Under the pieces are notes generated by a model, which saw only the letters and a program-made list of their open reading frames with translations, had not been told where the DNA came from and did no database searches. 63,201 nucleotides of DNA from an uncultured Clostridia bacterium (GTDB lineage Bacteria; Bacillota; Clostridia; Christensenellales; UBA1242), in contig CANRHL010000002.1 in the NCBI GenBank assembly GCA_947630405.1, positions 1 to 63,201 of the forward strand, read 5' to 3'. Shown here piece after piece: positions 59,938 to 63,201 of this stretch. The first letter of the stretch is position 1, and each line of letters opens with the position of its first letter. Position numbers and translations under genes: made by a program.

Positions 59938-60843
59938 ATGTTAAAAGATTATTTACCACGCGATATTTATAATGCAATAATAAAAAGTTTCAGTTTTAAC
60001 GACATAACTGAAGTGCGCATGCGCGTGAACGAAAACATTATTATTGTGGTTAAAAATAAAAAGTATTATTTAAAAGACGAAAACGGCGCATTTATTAAAG
60101 CCAACAATTTGCTTATTGAAAACTTTATAACAAAGGCAAGTGAAAATTCAATTTATGCCTATAACGACAACATTGTAAACGGCTTTATAACTTTGCCAAA
60201 AGGGATTAGGGTGGGAATTTGCGGCTCTATAGTTACAAACGAAGATAAAATTGTAACAATAAAGGATTTTCAAGCAATAAACATCCGCATTCCGCATTTT
60301 ATTAAAAATTGCTGCCTTATGGCTTACGATTATATGGTAAAAGATGGCGAAATTTTAAACACTCTTGTTATCTCGCCGCCGGGCAGTGGCAAAACAACTT
60401 TTATTAGGGATTTTGTTTATCAACTATACGCGCACAACAACTCTAAAAATGTGCTAATTGCAGATGAGCGCAACGAAATTTGTTCAATCAACTCGGGTGA
60501 GCCTGCCATTGAACTTGGTGGCTTTTGCGATATTTACACAAATTGCAGCAAAAAATTCGCCTTCAAAAATGGCATAAGAAGTATGCGCCCAGATGTGATT
60601 GTAACAGATGAAATTGATTTAGAGCGCGACCTAGAATCTCTAATTGAAGCCATAAATTCAGGCGTTAATGTGGTGGCAACAATACACGCAAAAAACTTAA
60701 ATCAATTAAAGAAAAAACCAACTTTTGATAAGATTTTAGACGAAAAATTTTTTTCTCGCTTTATAGTTTTATCAAGTGACGAAGGCCCGGGCACACTTAG
60801 TAACATTTACGATGAAAAACTAAATTGTATTTATTGCAGGTGA
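59938..60843 (+). CDS. spoIIIAA: stage III sporulation protein AA (ATPase)
   Basis: Start MLKDYLPRDIY at ATG 59938. The track extension is T-run read-through. ISPPGSGKTT Walker A, VIVTDEI Walker B. First gene of the AA-AF run. Confidence 0.85.
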   Translation: MLKDYLPRDIYNAIIKSFSFNDITEVRMRVNENIIIVVKNKKYYLKDENGAFIKANNLLIENFITKASENSIYAYNDNIVNGFITLPKGIRVGICGSIVTNEDKIVTIKDFQAINIRIPHFIKNCCLMAYDYMVKDGEILNTLVISPPGSGKTTFIRDFVYQLYAHNNSKNVLIADERNEICSINSGEPAIELGGFCDIYTNCSKKFAFKNGIRSMRPDVIVTDEIDLERDLESLIEAINSGVNVVATIHAKNLNQLKKKPTFDKILDEKFFSRFIVLSSDEGPGTLSNIYDEKLNCIYCR

Positions 60844-60845
60844 CT

Positions 60846-61319
60846 ATGAAATGGGTGTTAATAACAATTTTAATATTCGTAATAATGTTAATTGCCTATG
60901 CGGTTAGCGAGCAATATAAGGATAGGTACGATTTTTACAACAACTTAAAATTATTTTTAAATCAATTTAAAATAAATCTATCTTTTAGGCAGGAAAAAAT
61001 AACCGAATTTTTAAACAAAACAACTTGCAAAAAGCAATTTAAAATTTTTATTGAAGAATATAAAAAATTTTTACAAACAAACGAATTGAACTTGGATAAA
61101 ATTAAGGTTTTGGATGATGCGGATAAAAAAGAATTAGTCGACATTGTAACTAATCTTGGCAAGCACGACACAAAAAGTGAACTTGAGCAACTTAACGGGT
61201 TTTTGTTGATTATAGAAAATAAACTTCAGCTTGCAAATGAAAACAAAAATAAAATGTGCCCAATGATTATAAAACTTTCACTTTTGTTTGCAATAGGACT
61301 AGCCATTATTTTGGTGTAG
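60846..61319 (+). CDS. spoIIIAB: stage III sporulation protein AB
   Basis: 157 aa from ATG 60846. TM helices at both ends. Called mainly from its position between AA and AC. Confidence 0.7.
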   Translation: MKWVLITILIFVIMLIAYAVSEQYKDRYDFYNNLKLFLNQFKINLSFRQEKITEFLNKTTCKKQFKIFIEEYKKFLQTNELNLDKIKVLDDADKKELVDIVTNLGKHDTKSELEQLNGFLLIIENKLQLANENKNKMCPMIIKLSLLFAIGLAIILV

Positions 61320-61327
61320 GAGGAAAT

Positions 61328-61516
61328 ATGGAAATTATTTTTAAATTGGCAGGCATTGGCTTAATCACATCAATTGTTAACCAAATTTTAAAGCATTGCG
61401 GCAAGGAAGAAATTGCCTCTTTAACCACACTTGCTGGGTTAATTATCAGTTTACTAATGGTGGTGAATCTGGTGCAGGATTTATTTAACACAGTTAAAAC
61501 ATTGTTCGTATTTTGA
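61328..61516 (+). CDS. spoIIIAC: stage III sporulation protein AC
   Basis: 62 aa. MEIIFKLAGIGLITSIVNQILK..GKEE.. closely parallels B. subtilis SpoIIIAC. AGGAGG SD. Confidence 0.85.
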   Translation: MEIIFKLAGIGLITSIVNQILKHCGKEEIASLTTLAGLIISLLMVVNLVQDLFNTVKTLFVF

Positions 61517-61518
61517 GT

Positions 61519-61905
61519 ATGGTTGATTTAATAAAAATATTAGCAGTAGGACTTGTTACAGTCTTTGCCAGCGTAATTGTAAAACAATTTAAGCCCGAAA
61601 TTGCCATGCTAATTACAATTGCCGGCAGCATATTGATAATAGTTATGGCAGTGGATAGCATAAAATCTGTCATTTCTTCTTTTTATCACATATTTCAAAC
61701 AACCGGGGTAGAAACAACGCTGCTAACCCCACTGCTAAAAATTATCGCCATTGGCTACATTGCAGAATTCGGTGCTAACATATGCGCCGATGCGGGAGCG
61801 TCAAGCGTGGGGGATAAAATTTTATTTTGTGCAAAACTTATAATTCTTGTGATTTCTCTACCAATAATAACAACTGTTGTTGACATGATTGTGGGGTTGT
61901 TATGA
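61519..61905 (+). CDS. spoIIIAD: stage III sporulation protein AD
   Basis: KIIAIGYIAEFGANICADAG matches the SpoIIIAD hallmark (KIIGIAYIAEFGA). Start is ATG 61519, or alternatively TTG 61513. Confidence 0.85.
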   Translation: MVDLIKILAVGLVTVFASVIVKQFKPEIAMLITIAGSILIIVMAVDSIKSVISSFYHIFQTTGVETTLLTPLLKIIAIGYIAEFGANICADAGASSVGDKILFCAKLIILVISLPIITTVVDMIVGLL

Positions 61906-63113
61906 CAAAAAAACCAAATTCAAAAACAATAACAATTGTCGCACTTGTAGTTTTAATTTTAATATCTTCATTTTTAACTCCGTTAAAAGCATTTTGTTCA
62001 AATGAAACGACAACTCAAATTAGTGAAGAGTTAAATAAGTCCGTTTTAGACGAATTAACCAACATAGACTTTTCAAATTTTAATGAAGTTTTGGTTGAAT
62101 TTCAAAACAACAACACAAATATATTTTCAATAGATAACATCAAAGCCAAAATTTATTCAATAATTTCAGGCGAGAATGCAGTATCCTATAGTTCATTTTT
62201 TGCAAGCATATTTTCAATTTTTGTAGATTTAATTTTAAAATATTTGCCGCTTTTGTCCGTTATTGTTGCAATTGGCGTAATAGGCAATTTGCTTGGCGGG
62301 GTAAAGAGCCGATTTAACGAAAAATCCACCAACAATTTAATTAACTTAGTTTGTTTTATGTCGGTTTGCATTTTAATTATTGGCATGATTACAAGCCTAA
62401 CCAACAACACATCTAAAACAATAGGCAGCATGGTTAAACAAATTAACATAATCTTTCCTATATTATTAACTCTTATGGTGGGCATTGGTGCTAATGCAAG
62501 TGCGGGAGTATTTCAGCCAATTGTTGCAATAATTTCAACTTATGTTGCCGACTTTTTCAACTATTTTATAATCCCTCTTTTTATGGCAAGTTTCGTGTTT
62601 AATGTTATAACAAATTTGTCCGACAATATAAAGTTAGATAAATTCAACTCGTTCATTTCAAGCCTGTTCAAGTGGAGTGTGGGATTGGTGTTCACTTTGT
62701 TTTTCGCGGTTATGACAATTCAAGGCATTTCTGCCGGCACTTTCGATAGCCTATCAATTCGTACAACAAAATACACAATTAAAAGTTATGTGCCAATAAT
62801 GGGCGGCTATCTATCCGATGGAATGGACTTAATTTTGGCAAGCAGCATTTTAATAAAAAATGCGGTGGGGCTAGTGGGCATCTTGGTTATTATAACAACA
62901 ATTCTTTCGCCGCTTTTAGAAATTGTGGTGTTCAGCTTAATGCTAAAATTGGTTAGCGCAATTTTGCAGCCTATGAATAATAGCAAAACATCCAACTTTT
63001 TAATGTCCTCCTCAAAAACAATAACGATGCTAAGTTCGGCAATTATTGCAATCGGCTTTATGTATTTAATATCAATCGGGTTGGTTATGACAACCTCAAA
63101 TGTGGTGATGTGA
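61902..63113 (+). CDS. spoIIIAE: stage III sporulation protein AE
   Basis: 403 aa. Signal or TM N-terminus followed by a polytopic membrane domain. Position after AD. Confidence 0.85.
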   Translation: MTKKPNSKTITIVALVVLILISSFLTPLKAFCSNETTTQISEELNKSVLDELTNIDFSNFNEVLVEFQNNNTNIFSIDNIKAKIYSIISGENAVSYSSFFASIFSIFVDLILKYLPLLSVIVAIGVIGNLLGGVKSRFNEKSTNNLINLVCFMSVCILIIGMITSLTNNTSKTIGSMVKQINIIFPILLTLMVGIGANASAGVFQPIVAIISTYVADFFNYFIIPLFMASFVFNVITNLSDNIKLDKFNSFISSLFKWSVGLVFTLFFAVMTIQGISAGTFDSLSIRTTKYTIKSYVPIMGGYLSDGMDLILASSILIKNAVGLVGILVIITTILSPLLEIVVFSLMLKLVSAILQPMNNSKTSNFLMSSSKTITMLSSAIIAIGFMYLISIGLVMTTSNVVM

Positions 63114-63201
63114 TGGCAGGTTACATTTTAAGTGTGTTAGGGATTGTTGTGGTTGGCATATTTATAGATATAATTGTGCCATCTGGCAACATAAATAAAT
63201 A
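63113..63201 (+). CDS. spoIIIAF: stage III sporulation protein AF (5' partial, runs off window end)
   Basis: ATG overlaps the AE stop (TGATG). MAGYILSVLGIVVVGIFIDIIVPSGNINK resembles the SpoIIIAF N-terminal TM region. Confidence 0.55.
   Translation, partial: MAGYILSVLGIVVVGIFIDIIVPSGNINK

Noticed and set aside
1-63201. Recurrent TTGACAAA motif in nearly every intergenic region, considered as a dispersed repeat, MITE or REP element.
   Set aside because: Each copy sits 16-19 nt upstream of a TATAAT-like box and ahead of a gene start. These are consensus -35 elements, not a mobile repeat.
1-63201. Scan for CRISPR arrays, tRNA, rRNA, tmRNA or SRP RNA genes, IS elements, integrases and toxin-antitoxin pairs.
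   Set aside because: No intergenic gap exceeds about 240 nt. I saw no spaced direct repeats, no cloverleaf-like GC-rich segments, and no transposase or integrase-like ORFs. This was a by-eye scan only, so small ncRNAs cannot be excluded.

Overview
AT-rich, low-GC Firmicutes-type chromosome segment. A spoIIIA operon at the right end points to a Clostridia-like endospore former. About 74 tightly packed genes are present and all but two are on the + strand. The content is core housekeeping, arranged in blocks that follow Bacillus/Clostridium synteny: pta/ackA; rpmF-plsX-rnc; rpoZ-priA-def-fmt-rlmN-rpe; rsmE-mtaB-hit-rpsU; pcrA-ligA; smc-ftsY-ylxM-ffh; rpsP-KH-rimM-trmD-rbgA-rnhB-yraN-rplS; comM-dprA-topA-trmFO-hslVU; tcdA-trx-nifS-nifU-like; ruvX-DUF1292; rpsB-tsf-frr-uppS-cdsA-rseP; rimP-nusA-ylxR-ylxQ-infB-rbfA-truB; efp; spoIIIAA-AF. 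I found no rRNA, tRNA, CRISPR array, IS or prophage, and every intergenic gap is under about 240 nt. The most notable items are as follows. (1) A 504-aa stand-alone protein that looks like PolC N-terminus + OB + proofreading exonuclease sits exactly in the polC slot. (2) An IscU-like protein has lost two of its three cluster cysteines and sits next to nifS, a CMPC thioredoxin and a TcdA-like E1. (3) Eight genes share a strict -10/N6/ATG geometry with no Shine-Dalgarno, which suggests leaderless mRNAs. (4) Several terminator hairpins contain the next promoter's -35 element. (5) rpoZ (missed by the ORF track) and a SAM methyltransferase each carry a 1-nt frameshift. (6) Several orphan genes with their own promoters interrupt conserved operons, two of them antisense to everything else. 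All functional calls rest on motif recognition and synteny by eye. No database search was run.
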